From Macrostomum lignano (Eukaryota): DNA of 64,000 nucleotides. Location of the stretch: assembly GCA_002269645.1 (NCBI GenBank), contig NIVC01000024.1:1-64000 (forward strand), in the 5' to 3' direction. Positions 46,011 through 59,800 of this stretch are shown here, piece after piece (the stretch's first letter is position 1; every line of letters begins with the position of its first letter). Position numbers and translations under genes: made by a program. Below the pieces are notes generated by a model. That model saw nothing but the letters and a program-made list of their open reading frames with translations. It did no database searches and had not been told where the DNA came from.

Positions 46011-48412
46011 TAAGTAGCTAATAAGTAGCTAATAAGTGACTGAGTAGCTAATAGGTAGCTGATAAGTAGCTGATAAGTAGCAAATGAGTAGTTAATAACT
46101 AGCTAATGAGTACCTAATAAGTAGCTAATAAGTAGCTAATGAGTAGTTAATAAGTAGCTTATGAGTACCTAATAAGTAGCTAATGAGTAGCTATTAGGTA
46201 GCTAATTAGTGGCTATTAGGTAGCTAATTAGTAGCTGATAAGTAGCAAATGAGTAGTTAATAAGTAGCTAATGAGTTGCTAATAGGTAGCTAATAAGTAG
46301 CTGATAAGTAGCAAATAAGTAGCTAATAGGTAGCTAATAAGTAGCTAATGAGTAGCTAATAAGAAGCTAATAAGAAGCTAATAAGTAGCTAATAAGTAGC
46401 TGATAAGTAGCTAATAAGTAGCTAATGAGTAGTTATTAGGTAGCAAGTAAGTAGCTAATGAGTAGCTAATAGGTAGCTAATAAGTAGCTAATGAGTAGCT
46501 AATAGGTAGCTGATAAGTAGCAAATAAGTAGTTAATAAGTAGCTAATGAGTAGCTAATAGGTAGCTAATAAGTAGCTGATAAGTAGCAAATAAGTAGCTA
46601 ATAGGTAGCTAATAAGTAGCTAATGAGTAGCTAATAAGAAGCTAATAAGTAGCTGATAAGTAGCTAATAAGTAGCTAATGAGTAGCTATTAGGTAGCAAG
46701 TAAGTAGCTAATGAGTAGCTAATAGGTAGCTAATAAGTAGCTAATGAGTAGCTAATAGGTAGCTGATAAGTAGCTGATAAGTAGCTAATAGGTAGCTAAT
46801 AAGTAGCTAATGAGTAGCTAATAGGTAGCTGATAAGTAGCAAATAAGTAGCTAATGAGTACCTAATAAGAAGCTAATGAGTACCTAATAAAAAGCTAATA
46901 AGAAGCTAATAAGTAGCTAAAAAGTAGCTAATGAGTAGCTATTAGGTAGCAAATAAGTAGCTAATGAGTAGCTAATAAGTAGCTAATGATAACCTAATAA
47001 GTAGTTAATAAGTAGCTAATGAGTAGCTAATAGGTAGCTAATGAGTAGCTGATAAGTAGAAAATAAGTAGCTAATGAGTAGCTAATAGGTAGCTGATAAG
47101 TAGCTAATAAGTAGCAAATAAGTAGCTAATGAGTACCTAATAAGAAGCTAATGAGTACCTAATAAGAAGCTAATAAGAAGCTAATAAGTAGCTAATAAGT
47201 AGCTAATGAGTAGCTATTAGGTAGCAAATAAGTAGCTAATGAGTAGCTAATAAGTAGCTAATGATAACCTAATAAGTAGCTAATAAGTAGTTAATAAGTA
47301 GCTAATGAGTAGCTAATAGGTAGCTGATAAGTAGCTGATAAGTAGCAAATAAGTAGCTGATAAGTAGCTAATGAGTAGCTAATAAGTAGCTAATGAGTAG
47401 CTAATAAGTAGCTAATGATAACCTAATAAGTAGCTAATAAGTAGCAAATGAGTAGTTAATAACTAGCTAATGAGTACCTAATAAGTAGCTAATAAGTAGC
47501 TAATGAGTAGTTAATAAGTAGCTTATGAGTACCTAATAAGTAGCTAATGAGTAGCTATTAGGTAGCTAATTAGTGGCTATTAGGTAGCTAATTAGTAGCT
47601 GATAAGTAGCAAATGAGTAGTTAATAAGTAGCTAATGAGTTGCTAATAGGTAGCTAATAAGTAGCTGATAAGTAGCAAATAAGTAGCTAATAGGTAGCTA
47701 ATAAGTAGCTAATGAGTAGCTAATAGGTAGCTGATAAGTAGCTGATAAGTAGCTAATAGGTAGCTAATAAGTAGCTAATGAGTAGCTAATAGGTAGCTGA
47801 TAAGTAGCTGATAAGTAGCAAATAAGTAGCTAATGAGTACCTAATAAGAAGCTAATGAGTACCTAATAAGAAGCTAATAAGAAGCTAATAAGTAGCTAAA
47901 AAGTAGCTAATGAGTAGCTATTAGGTAGCAAATAAGTAGCTAATGAGTAGCTAATAAGTAGCTAATGATAACCTTATAAGTAGTTAATAAGTAGCTAATG
48001 AGTAGCTAATAGGTAGCTAATGAGTAGCTGATAAGTAGAAAATAAGTAGCTAATGAGTAGCTAATAGGTAGCTGATAAGTAGCTGATAAGTAGCAAATAA
48101 GTAGCTAATGAGTACCTAATAAGAAGCTAATGAGTACCTAATAAGAAGCTAATAAGAAGCTAATAAGTAGCTAATAAGTAGCTAATGAGTAGCTATTAGG
48201 TAGCAAATAAGTAGCTAATGAGTAGCTAATAAGTAGCTAATGATAACCTAATAAGTAGCTAATAAGTAGTTAATAAGTAGCTAATGAGTAGCTAATAGGT
48301 AGCTAATGAGTAGCTAATAGGTAGCTGATAAGTAGCTGATAAGTAGCTGATAAGTAGCAAATAAGTAGCTAATGAGTACCTAATAAGAAGCTGATAAGTA
48401 GCTCATAGTAGC
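46011..48412. repeat. 11-bp satellite (TAAGTAGCTAA), 2.4 kb, with block duplications
   Basis: Diagnostic variants recur at +1364 and +979 nt. Confidence 0.97.
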
Positions 48413-48463
48413 CAAGCTATTATTTATTCAGCAGATCATAAGGAAGTTAGAGAGTACTTTTGC

Positions 48464-51400
48464 TCAAGCCGACACACCCAGCGGGATGCTGGCCTCACCC
48501 CCATCTCCGACGCCCCCTGTAGACAGTCGGCGCCATTCCACCGCCGCGCCTCGCCCGCCAGCGCCGGCCGCCGCTTGTCGACGTCTGTAGAAGAGAAACA
48601 GGCCGACAGCGGCCGCCGCGGCCAGGAGGGTCAGCGCAGCGGCTGTCAGCCCAGCAGCTGCGCCGCTGAGGCCAGTCGGAGCTGCAGGCGTTGTTGGCTG
48701 GCGAACGACTAACTTGCAGTTGTCTGGGAGCGGTTTGAGGAGATCAGAAGGGAGGGCCATGAGGATGGGTGCTAGAGAGGGTGAGGGACCAAAGGCGTAG
48801 GAAAGTTTCAAAAACACAGGGCGCACGCCCCCATCGAGTTGGATTTTTTATATGGAAAATGCACATCATGCACCGATTATTTTCAGAATCTGTCTTGTCA
48901 GCACTCATTTTATAAAGCGCTGCAGGCACTCATTTTAGCGCCGCAGGCACTCATTTTAGCGCCACAGGCACTCATTTTGGCGCCGCAGGCACTCATTTTA
49001 GCGCCGCATGCACTCATTTTAGCGCCGCAGGCACTCATTTTATAAGCGCTGCAGGCACTCATTTTAGCGCCGCAGGCACTCATTTTAGCGCCACAGGCAC
49101 TCATTTTAGCGCCACAGGCACTCATTTTGGCGCCGCAGGCACTCATTTTAGCGCCGCATGCACTCATTTTAGCGCCGCAGGCACTCATTTTATAAGCGCT
49201 GCAGGCACTCATTTTAGCGCCGCAGGCACTCATTTTGGCGCCGCAGGCACTCATTTTAGCGCCACAGGCACTCATTTTGGCGCCGCAGGCACTCATTTTA
49301 GCGCCGCATGCACTCATTTTAGCGCCGCAGGCACTCATTTTATAAGCGCTGCAGGCACTCATTTTAGCGCCACAGGCACTCATTTTGGCGCCGCAGGCAC
49401 TCATTTTAGCGCCACAGGCACTCATTTTGGCGCCGCAGGCACTCATTTTAGCGCCGCATGCACTCATTTTAGCGCCGCAGGCACTCATTTTGGCGCCGCA
49501 GGCACTCATTTTAGCGCCACAGGCACTCATTTTGGCGCCGCAGGCACTCATTTTAGCGCCGCATGCACTCATTTTAGCGCCGCAGGCACTCATTTTATAA
49601 GCGCTGCAGGCACTCATTTTAGCGCCACAGGCACTCATTTTGGCGCCGCAGGCACTCATTTTAGCGCCACAGGCACTCATTTTGGCGCCGCAGGCACTCA
49701 TTTTAGCGCCGCATGCACTCATTTTAGCGCCGCAGGCACTCATTTTATAAGCGCTGCAGGCACTCATTTTAGCGCCACAGGCACTCATTTTGGCGCCGCA
49801 GGCACTCATTTTAGCGCCACAGGCACTCATTTTGGCGCCGCAGGCACTCATTTTAGCGCCGCATGCACTCATTTTAGCGCCGCAGGCACTCATTTTATAA
49901 GCGCTGCAGGCACTCATTTTAGCGCCGCAGGCACTCATTTTAGCGCTACAGGCACTCATTTTGGCGCCGCAGGCACTCATTTTGGCGCCGCAGGCACTCA
50001 TTTTAGCGCCGCAGGCACTCATTTTGGCGCCGCAGGCACTATGTTTTGTCGCCCTGCAGCAAAATGCATTCATGCAAAGCAGCAAAAACCAAAAATAAGC
50101 AAAAAGTCTACATTTTACATTTAAAATTTGGAGGGGCCAGATACCATTACTGGCCCCCATTTTAAAAAGTGGGGGGGCATAGCCCCACTGCCCCCCGTTC
50201 CTGCGCCTATGTGAGGGACTGGCGATCATTGATAAGTTTGATGGGGAAACCGCAGGAAGCCGAGAGGAGAGGAGGGGAGGAGGGCAAAGGAGAGGGGAGG
50301 AGGGCAAGGGAGAGGGCCGAGGGAAGGAGGGCAAGGGAGAGGGGAGGAAGTCAAGGGAGAGGGAGGAGGGCAAGGGAGAGGGGAAGAGGGCAAGGGAGAG
50401 GGGAAGAGGGCAAGGGAGAGGGGAAGAGGGCAAGGGAGGGGGAAGAGGGCAAGGGAGGGTAAGAGGACAAGGAAGAGGGCAAGGGAGCGGGAAGAGGGCA
50501 AGGGAGAGGGGAGGAAGTCAAGGGAGAGGGAGGAGGGCAAGGGAGAGGGGAAGAGGGCAAGGGAGAGGGGAAGAGGGCAAGGGAGGGGAAGAGGGCAAGG
50601 GAGAGGGGAAGAGGGCAAGGGAGGGGGAAGAGGGCAAGGGAGGGGAAGAGGGCAAGGAAGAGGGGAAGAGGGCAAGGGAGAGGGGAGGAAGTCAAGGGAG
50701 AGAGGAAGAGGGCAAGGGAGATGGGAAGAGGGCAAGGGAGAGGGGAGGAGGGCAAGGGAGAGGGGAGGAAGTCAAGGGAGAGAGGAAGAGGGCAAGGGAG
50801 ATGGAGGAGGGCAAGGGAGAGGGGAAGAGGGCAAGGGAGAGGGAGGAGGGCAAGGGAGGGAGGAGGGCTAGGGAGATAAGGGGAGGAGGTTAGAAGGGGC
50901 GGGAAGAAGAGGCCAGAAGAGATTGGGACAATGAGGAAAGCATGACTGGAAGGAGATGCATGAGCTGCAAAAGTTCCATTGAGAACTTTCATCAGCAGCA
51001 TTGCTAGAAGAGCCCAGCTCACCCAGAGCCTCATCCGCCAGCGAGTTGTGGCACTGAGCGGCACCATCGCACAGTTGGTGACAAGCTATCACTCCCAGGT
51101 CGCCAGAACCGCAGTCGCAAACGCAGGCCAGTTGGCAGCCGGCCAAATCGCTGTTGCAGCCTTTAAACTGACAGGCTGGACAGCCCAGACAGTCCATCCT
51201 AGCTGTGTACCTGCTGACGGGCTGGTGGTACTCGCAAAACTGCCTAGTTGGATCAAAGCATGTCAGGTATTCCACTGGGCTAATGAAGCGAATGCTGCTA
51301 TTCAAAGGTTTATAACTGCCTGTGAGTACAAGCCACGCACAGTTCAGCTTGGGCAGCTGAGCAGCTTGGGCAGTTGAGCACTGTTGAAGAGCATTCTTTA

Positions 51401-51548
51401 CTGTTCTCTGCTCCAATTGCATTGCTAGCAGTGCACTCAGAGCTGCTTCAGAGGTATTATTTAATAACTGAGAAGATTGGCCAATGTTGAATAATATGGC
51501 AACAATGCAGCAGGACACAAGGCAATATGAGGAATACCAATGAGGCAT
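48464..51548 (-). CDS. Type I membrane protein with LDL-receptor class A-like module, 2 exons (51548-51023, 48723-48464), about 261 aa
   Basis: Signal-like N-terminus; the phase-1 join restores CGSG...C...CDGAAQCHNSLADEAL|DNC; TM LTLLAAAAAVGLFLFY followed by RRR. Confidence 0.72.
48790..50211. mobile_element. Non-autonomous hAT-type element (1422 bp) carrying a 21-bp satellite
   Basis: TIR CAAAGGCGTAGGAA vs CATAGGCGCAGGAA (12/14); 8-bp TSD TGAGGGAC (48782-48789, 50212-50219). Confidence 0.87.
48899..50040. repeat. 21-bp satellite (GCAGGCACTCATTTTAGCGCC) with periodic TATAAGCGCT variant units
   Basis: Direct inspection. Confidence 0.97.
50262..50890. repeat. Polypurine minisatellite (GAGGGCAAGGGAGAGGGGAA-like)
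   Basis: Direct inspection; intronic. Confidence 0.93.
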
Positions 51549-53888
51549 AACAGGATGAGCAATCCAAGCTATCAATGCATGCAGCAAATATGAAAATTAC
51601 AAAATTGAGAAATAGTAGCATTCCTAGAACTAAAATTACTTAAAACATTTATTGTTATATAATATGATTTATCACAATATACTAAATCTCTAATATTTGC
51701 TAAATTTTGACCTTGCAAAAAAGGTATAAAAACTTTAAATTATGAATAAAACTGAATTTTTAATGGTAAAATAGAAGCCAGATGACTCTTTTTGATAAAA
51801 AAAATTTATATTAATATTTGATTGAACTTATAAGTTATACCTAATATACCAAAAATTCTGATATAAAATCAAGAGTTTAAATTAGCTAGTACTAATCTGA
51901 TTTAATATTAACTATTTGGCTTAATATTAGAATTCAACTTTTTATATTTTAAAAATAAATTAAATTCACAATATACAAAATACACCCAAGCCATGTTAAA
52001 TTATCTATAGACTATAGCTGACTACTATGCTATATCTTGCCACATTATTACCAATTAAAAATTATTTTTTATCAATTAAGAAGCTCATAATAGAGCTGAC
52101 TGTCAATGGTCATCATTAATTAAATCTAATAATAAATAATGTTTTTTAGCTAAAGTCTAAATTATTAAATAAGGCCTAGGCCCTATTGGCAATTATTAAA
52201 ATGGAATTATTCCATATAATTTAGTAGTAGGTACCAATTTGAATTTAATATTTGCATCTGTATTTACACCATAAATAAAATTAATCAAACTATATCAATC
52301 ATAGTTATATAATTTAAATCATATATAACTTCACTTGTTTAACTTAAATAATTTCCTAATAACTAATAGGACTACAAACAAACAATATAAAAATAGCAAA
52401 GGATACAAATAGCAAATAGGCCTGCCTAGAAAATATTAAAAATATTCTGAATTTTGAATTTTTAGCCTAGCTTTGTTTAATTTTATGTGCTTAATCAGAC
52501 TATCAAATAGCAACTTAGGTCTTAGCAAGTCCAAAAGTGATATCTCATATGGTTTCCTATATTTACTGTTTATGCCAATAATGACCATTTACTAAATGAT
52601 TTAGCAGTCTTGGAAAAACTCTCATGTGAATGGTAAAAAATAGGTGCTTATTTGCGGCAAATACTGCTCTTTGCACCAATACATGCTTCGCTGCTTCATT
52701 GCTGGGTATTTTTTCATTTTACACAACAGCAGACGAACCGTCCACCCTAGCACGGCAAGCACGCAGGACAGGACCTCCGGCAGACGAAATGACCCGCAAC
52801 CGCAGTCTCCCGTTTCCTGGGCAAGATATTCTGATTCTGATTTTATAGCTTTATCAAATTGGATTTGTAATCTCATGGAGCTAAATATTCACAGAGCAAT
52901 ACGAGCCAACAAAAGCATTATTACGAAACCTCGTCCTCATAATCATAAAATTTTTTGTATCATTTAAAAATACAATATACTTTCGGTTAGCAGCATTGCC
53001 ATAACTGCCTATTTTCGAATTAATCGCTTTCATGTATATTAGTTAAGCCATCTATATAACTAACTAAACTTAACTTCACTATGTATGTCTTCTTGACTAA
53101 ACTCGAAACGAAACAACGCATGTGTGCGCGTTGTGCGCGATTTCCTGTGAAATTCCCAATTTAAATATGATTATTTAAATGTAATCAATGTGACTTTTAC
53201 GAAAATCCGGAAACTAAGTTTCATAAGGAAAGGCATATTTTTGGAAGCTTCTTGATCGATTAGTTCCAATTCCAATCAAGAATTTTAACAAATACGAACC
53301 CTAAACTAATTGTTATTAACAATGGAAAGGCTTAAAGAAATTCAACCTTGCTTATTTTAGATTCATTTAAGCTGACGTGTAGATTGAGTTATACATGCCC
53401 TACACGTATATCAAAATCGAATCCAATAGAAAGTTGGGCGTTTCCAACACGTATTTTTTAGATTGTGGGAACATCCTTGAGACGAATCCAATTCATTTAT
53501 GATCCTCAAAGAAGCTTTATCTACAAAAAAACGGTGAATCATAATATAATCACCATTATGGAAGTATATTATTATGAGCAATATATATTTGAACATTATC
53601 AAACATGAATGCGAGCTAATCATCATACCCCGTGCATCATACAGCTTGATCATGTGGTTCAAAAAGTCAAAAAATGCTTCTTTTGCTGACCTCACAAGGG
53701 CCGAGTCAAAATGATTCTTTTGACTTTTTCACCCTTCAAATTAAAGTTAAATACACTTAAGAGGTTACATAAACTGCAGTGCATGGCATACGGTACATTA
53801 CATGCACGATTAAGTGTCTGCTTAAGACCCCCACGCATCTCCGTGTTTGAGTACTTTGAGTTTAAGTTCCTACCCTCGTTCCAACTCA

Positions 53889-56800
53889 TCAGCATCTTTC
53901 AGGCGAAGGGACTTGCGAGACTTCCTCCAAGCCGAGTCGACGACACAACTGGCCGCACTGGTGACCGTTAAAAAAGGCCTGCATGCCGGATCGGCCGAGG
54001 TTCAACGGCGCATAACGCGTAACATCCAAGCAGTGGATCGCAGGATCCGTCATCAGCACCTTCTTGGTTTTTGTCTTTTTGACGGCTGCAGCTTTAGCAT
54101 CATTCGACTTCTGCAGCGATGTCGTTATCGTGCCGTCCTCACAGATGCAGCCCTGCAGAGTTGAGATCGAGTAGATAAGCAATTTGGCTCTGCTATACGT
54201 ATACATGTATTTAAACACGCGGGATCGCTGCCCTCAACAATAGATAAGTGTCGTTTAGAATTACCTGCAGATCAACAACCATTAAAAAGCCGTCGGTGCG
54301 TTGAAACGTCCAGTGGCTGAAGGCCATGACCGTGCCCACAATGCGCGGATCGACGCCGCTCGTGCTGACCTCACGGGCGGCGGACTGCATCGAGTAGGCG
54401 CAGTTGTTGCTGAACTTGACGAACTTGACGTCGCCAAAGAACTTTCTCTCGCACGACATAATGCGCAGTCCTTTCGAGGACGTCAATAGCAGAGCTTTGG
54501 TCTTTAGAAACTTGATTGGCGGCTCGCCCAGCGGGCCAGTCAGTGAGTTGAACTGGTCAGCCAGGTAAAACGCAACAGTCTGAGCCTCGCACGCCGTCTT
54601 GTACCGTTCTAGCGTGTTCTGCTTCTTACCGAGGTACTTGTACTCCTTCAGTACAATGTCTGTCGGCGTGGCTGCCGGAGTGGGCTCTGCGACCACTACT
54701 GTGCGCCTTGGTGCGCTGACAGCTCTGCCGCCTCGACGCGTCGCTGAACGAGCTCGATGGTCGCCGTATCCAACAAAGAGATCCTGCCCAAAATAGGCGA
54801 TTCGTTCCGAGCCTTCAGCGAACGGATTCGGGGCGATTTTAACTCGAACATTGCTGATCTGCTTCTCAACTAGCGGCTTGTCGTCTACGACATCTTCAAC
54901 GGTGTCTGGCAGCTCGTAGACCAGGTAAGTGCCCTGAAGGACGGGCAGCGAGTCCCAGGCGGGTGTGCCTCCGTCGAGTCGGTAGTCTCTCAGTTTGGCC
55001 TGACGCGAGATGCCCAGCTTAGACTTTTCAACGTTCTCCTCAACAGAAGTGCTGATGGAGGAGATCACTGAGCCGGCTATTTTTGAGACGTCCTCAACGC
55101 TGAAAGTTGTGATAAACCGGCCGTAGTCTTTGCAGAACTCGTCAATCATCTGATCGGTGTGGCGGCTAATCTTGCCAAAGTAGTAGTCGATGCCAAGCTC
55201 TCTGCAATGTTTATATTTGCATCAAACTCGGTTTTTACAATTTTACCTTGGCTTTTAAAAGTACACCCTGACGTTTTGTATTAAATTTTTAAAGGGGGGA
55301 TTTTCTCCTCCTTCTGACCACTATTTTGCTTGCCGGAACGGAGCAACACAGGCTAAATTTTTTTTGCGCACCTTCTCAAGCAAGAACCAAGTCGCCAACT
55401 CTCCGGACCGTCGAGATATTCAATTCAACGATTTTGCCGGAAGGTCGGGTTTCTCCCACAAACGCCACTGTCTCCATGATCAATACACCCTTGTGCGCCC
55501 ATCAGCACTGAGACTCAGTGCGCATGCGGCCTTGCCAAGTCTCCAAATTTCATCAGTACGTCGAGCATATGTGCCTGCATCAGCCCTGACTTTTTTGGTC
55601 GCTGGCTTTCACCCAGACAGAGCTTCTGGACCTTCAACTGATGGCACCAGGCGACTATGGTATGGACACCCTTTTGCGAATTTCTCTAGTTGGGTTGCTT
55701 TCACAAACGCGAAATTTCACAACCGCTAAATCACCTACTTTCATAAACGCGAAACTTCATAACCGCTAAATGTCATCTACTTTCACAACCGTGAAACTTC
55801 ACAACCGCTAAAAAGACTGTTGTATATGAAAGTAAGTGCAAAAATTTTAGCGGTTGTGAAGTTTCGCGGTTATGAATCTCATTCATGAATCTCGCGATTA
55901 CGAATCTTCAATCTCACAACCGCGATTGAAGTTTCGCGGTTGTGAAAGTAGATGACATTTAGCGGTTGTGAAGTTTCGCGTTTATGAAACCCACCCCCTC
56001 TAGTTTCACTGATCAAGCCTCGACAGGGGGCCCTTGGTGTTAGGGTTAGAGAATGTGCCTTTTTGAGCTTGTGATAGTGGTTGCTAAACTTTTCGACGAT
56101 GTGATTTTTCGAGCTTGTGATGGTGACTGCTAAATCAGTTTTCGACTATGTGATTTTTTGAGCTTGTGATGGTGGTTGCTAAATCAGTTTTCGACGATTG
56201 ATTTTTTGAGCTTGTGATGGTGGTTGCTAAATCAGTTTTCGACGATGTGATTTTTTGAGCTTGTGATGGTGGTTGCTAAATCAGTTTTCGACGATTGATT
56301 TTTTGAGCTTGTGATGGTGGTTGCTAAATCAGTTTTCGACGATGTGATTTTTTGAGCTTGTGATGGTGGTTGCTAAATCAGTTTTCGACGATTGATTTTT
56401 TGAGCTTGTGATGGTGGTTGCTAAATCAGTTTTCGACGATGTGATTTTTTGAGCTTGTGATGGTGGTTGCTAAATCAGTTTTCGACGATGTGATTTTTCG
56501 AGCTTATGATGGCGACCCCCTCGACGGTGGAGCAAACCTCAACTGCTGGACATCCTCAGCTAGTCTTTCAAGCATTTCTTCATCACCCCCTGGGAAATTA
56601 CCCGGAAAATAGCTTGGTATTCTTGCTGTTGAGTTGACAAAAGGCTCAACAAAACCAACAAAGACTAGCGTGTAGAGAGAGTACTTTTGGAAACAATTGC
56701 AACTGAGCTGGTAGCAAAACTAGATATATAACTGGAACGATCTTTAAATCTTGATTTGAGTAACATACTGAAGTATCCAGAACTTGCAACAGAGCCAGAA

Positions 56801-59800
56801 AAATGCTTACTTGAAGCGCTTAAACAGATCTTGCGAGGTGCGACCCCGAGGATCGCCATTGGGATAGGAATCCCGCATTGAAGCGGCGTGGTATCGGTTG
56901 CCATGACACGGACTGTCGCCCATGTGGAAGACAATCCTGGTGCCCGCGTCTTTCGACCACTGAAGCTTACTCGCCTGCAAAATATTAAATGTCATTGTTG
57001 TACATTTACAACTGACAGGGCAGAGTGACTTGTATATTGAGTGTACAAGGACTACTAAAGTAGAAAGACGCAGCATTTTAGAATAGTTTCTTATTCTACT
57101 TACAAATTGTACATATCCCGCGCCTAAAAACCATTAAAATGGCACGGCTCAGCTCATTGGTTTTATAAATCATTTTGTCATTCTTACATGTAGCTTACTG
57201 TGTAACAATATATGTAACGGATATGATATAATAGATTCATGATACCAAAGAGTTGAGCTGTGCCATGCATTTTTTATGATTTTTACACGTAGAATAAATA
57301 AAAATAAACATAGAATCCTAATTTTCTGAACAAAATGCTTTATGAATATCAATACGACGAGTAGAGCTATTGGGTCATTTAGGTCATTCGGTCTGCCTCC
57401 TATCAAAATCAATAACAATTTTTAGTGCTGAAAAATGAAAACTTCCTATCTCCGTAGTGTATTATTCGGTGAAAAGTGGCCTTCAAAACACTTTCCATGA
57501 AACGTGAGTGTCGCGTCCTGTATATACGTTGATTTATTGTCCTTGGAGTCTCATGAAAAGCATTTTAAGGACACAGATTGGCTTTTTACCTGTTCAAGTC
57601 CCCCGAAAACATCTTCCGGAGGGTCGTGCTTGGCCCCACTAATCGCTTTGGCGTTCTTGCAGAAATCGACGCATTTGTCGGGACTTTCCGTGAACTGGCA
57701 CACCTCCATGGGTGTCGGATTGTCGAAATCGCGGTACACAACTACAGCCAGTCGGAGCTGCTCGATGCCGGTAGGTGTCGCCCTGCTGCGGACCATGGTG
57801 TTGACGATCTTGGCCACGCTATCCCGAACTCCTTCAATGTGTGGCCGCATGCTGGACGTGCCATCGATGAGGAAGCAGAGATCGACAGTTTTTGCTCGCC
57901 TGATTTCCGACATGACGCCGCGAATTGTTTTCGCTGTCAGCTGAGTGGCCACTCGAAATCGTCTGACAAGCTCGTCCTCATCGAGCACGTCTTCGCCATA
58001 GTCCATGCCTTCTCTCTCGCAGATGTTTCTCAACCGCCTGTTGAGGCTGCTAAGGGGCGTCTGTACTGAGCTGGCCATGCGGTATCTTCTTACCACAGTG
58101 TCTAATTATTGAGCTCGGTATGCATTTATTTCAATGTATTTATTTTACTTTTGTTCAGTTTTATACTTTGAAAATGAAGCCATAAGGAATTTCCAAGAAA
58201 TTGTCGGCTCACAAACTTTCTTGGAAATTCCACGGTCAAACTTATGTACACCGTAGGGTGTACATTGCGGGCAGGTTGTGCACGGTATAGACAGTTGTAC
58301 AAGTATGCTATTTATAGAAACACAGAGGGTCTATTTGAAGGGGAATGTTAAAAGAACTAGATCGACATATTTATTAGTCCATTCATCAATGTAAATCTAG
58401 CAAACTGTGCGTTTTATCAAGTGGCCCTATACCTATACGTAGCACGAACTTAGCTTTAGACTTAACTTAGCACTGTCCGTCACAGTCAATAAGTGAGTCG
58501 TGTCTATTGCGGCATGCACATAACTCACAGTAACTCAGTCAGTACTCCTTAAACTTCCCGGGAGGTTGTTTTTGAGCAATCCTAGATGGGGAATCACCCT
58601 AGATGAGGAATCATCCTAGATGGGGAATCACCCTAGATAGGGAATCATCCTAGATGGGGAATCACCCTAGATGGGGAATCACCCTAGATGGGGAATCACC
58701 CTAGATGGGGAATCACCCTAGATGGGGAATCACCCTAGATGGGGAATCATCCTAGATGGGGAATCACCCTAGATGGGGGGAATCACTCTAGATGGGGGAA
58801 TCCCTCTAGATGGGGATCTAGATGGGAAATCACTCTAGATAGGGAATCATTCTAGATGGGGAATCACTCGAGATGGGGGAATACCTCTAGATGGGGATCT
58901 AGATGGGAAATCACTCTAGATGGGGATCTAGATGGGGAATCACTCGAGATGGGGGAATACCTCTAGATGGGGAATCATCCTAGATGGGGAATCACTCTAG
59001 GTCTAGATGGGGAATCAGGGAATCACAATCCGTGATAACTGATAAAAACAATCGTTAATTACAAGACGTTAATGTTGAATCACAGTTCAAATTAGGCCGA
59101 GAGCAGGGCAGGAAAGCATGTATAGCTCGTACGCTCGTATGTAGTGTATTGACATGTTAATTACATGAAATGTAAGATATGAAAGCATGTAAACTGTATT
59201 TGTGAATTACAGGAATAAAACATCGTTCTTATGAGTGACAAACTAATTGACTATCTGGAATACAATTTAATAACTTTTAATTTATATGATATTAATTTAA
59301 CTTAATATCTGGAAACTGTTATTCCTATTTTAAATTTATTGTTTACTTTTTTTATCAGCATGTTGCTACTTATTAGTTTACGTTGTTTCAATGAAAAGCT
59401 TTTTATTGCTTTTTTATTTATGGAGGATTTAGTGTACCGATTTGGTCTTAATTAATTAATGAATAATTAAATCATTAATAATTAACGATTTAATTAAATT
59501 AATAAAATCTTAGTATTGCTTTCCCCGAAGGGTGAAGCTGGAATAGAAAAAAAGGTTTGTTTGTTTAGACAGTTATAATATCCTTGGTTAATTGCAACTA
59601 TTGAAATCAGTACACACAAATGTACATGTTAATTGAGCTCGAAAGCATTAACTTCAGCACAACTTGAAGCACGGACACCTTCTGAGGTTGCGCCTCGGTT
59701 TGCTACCTGAGGACTACTGGTTTCCACGGTAGAGTTACCGTTCGGACCGGACTGGGACGGCATGTCCGAGGCCATGTCGTGTTCTGCAGTCTGAGGACCG

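Noticed and set aside
48910-50433. 507-aa ORF with (MSACGAK)n
   Set aside because: Satellite inside a TSD-bounded hAT element within an intron.
56665-56934. 89-aa minus-strand ORF inside the kinase locus
   Set aside because: Out of frame with the vWA exon 56974-56811 and runs into intron; no independent support.
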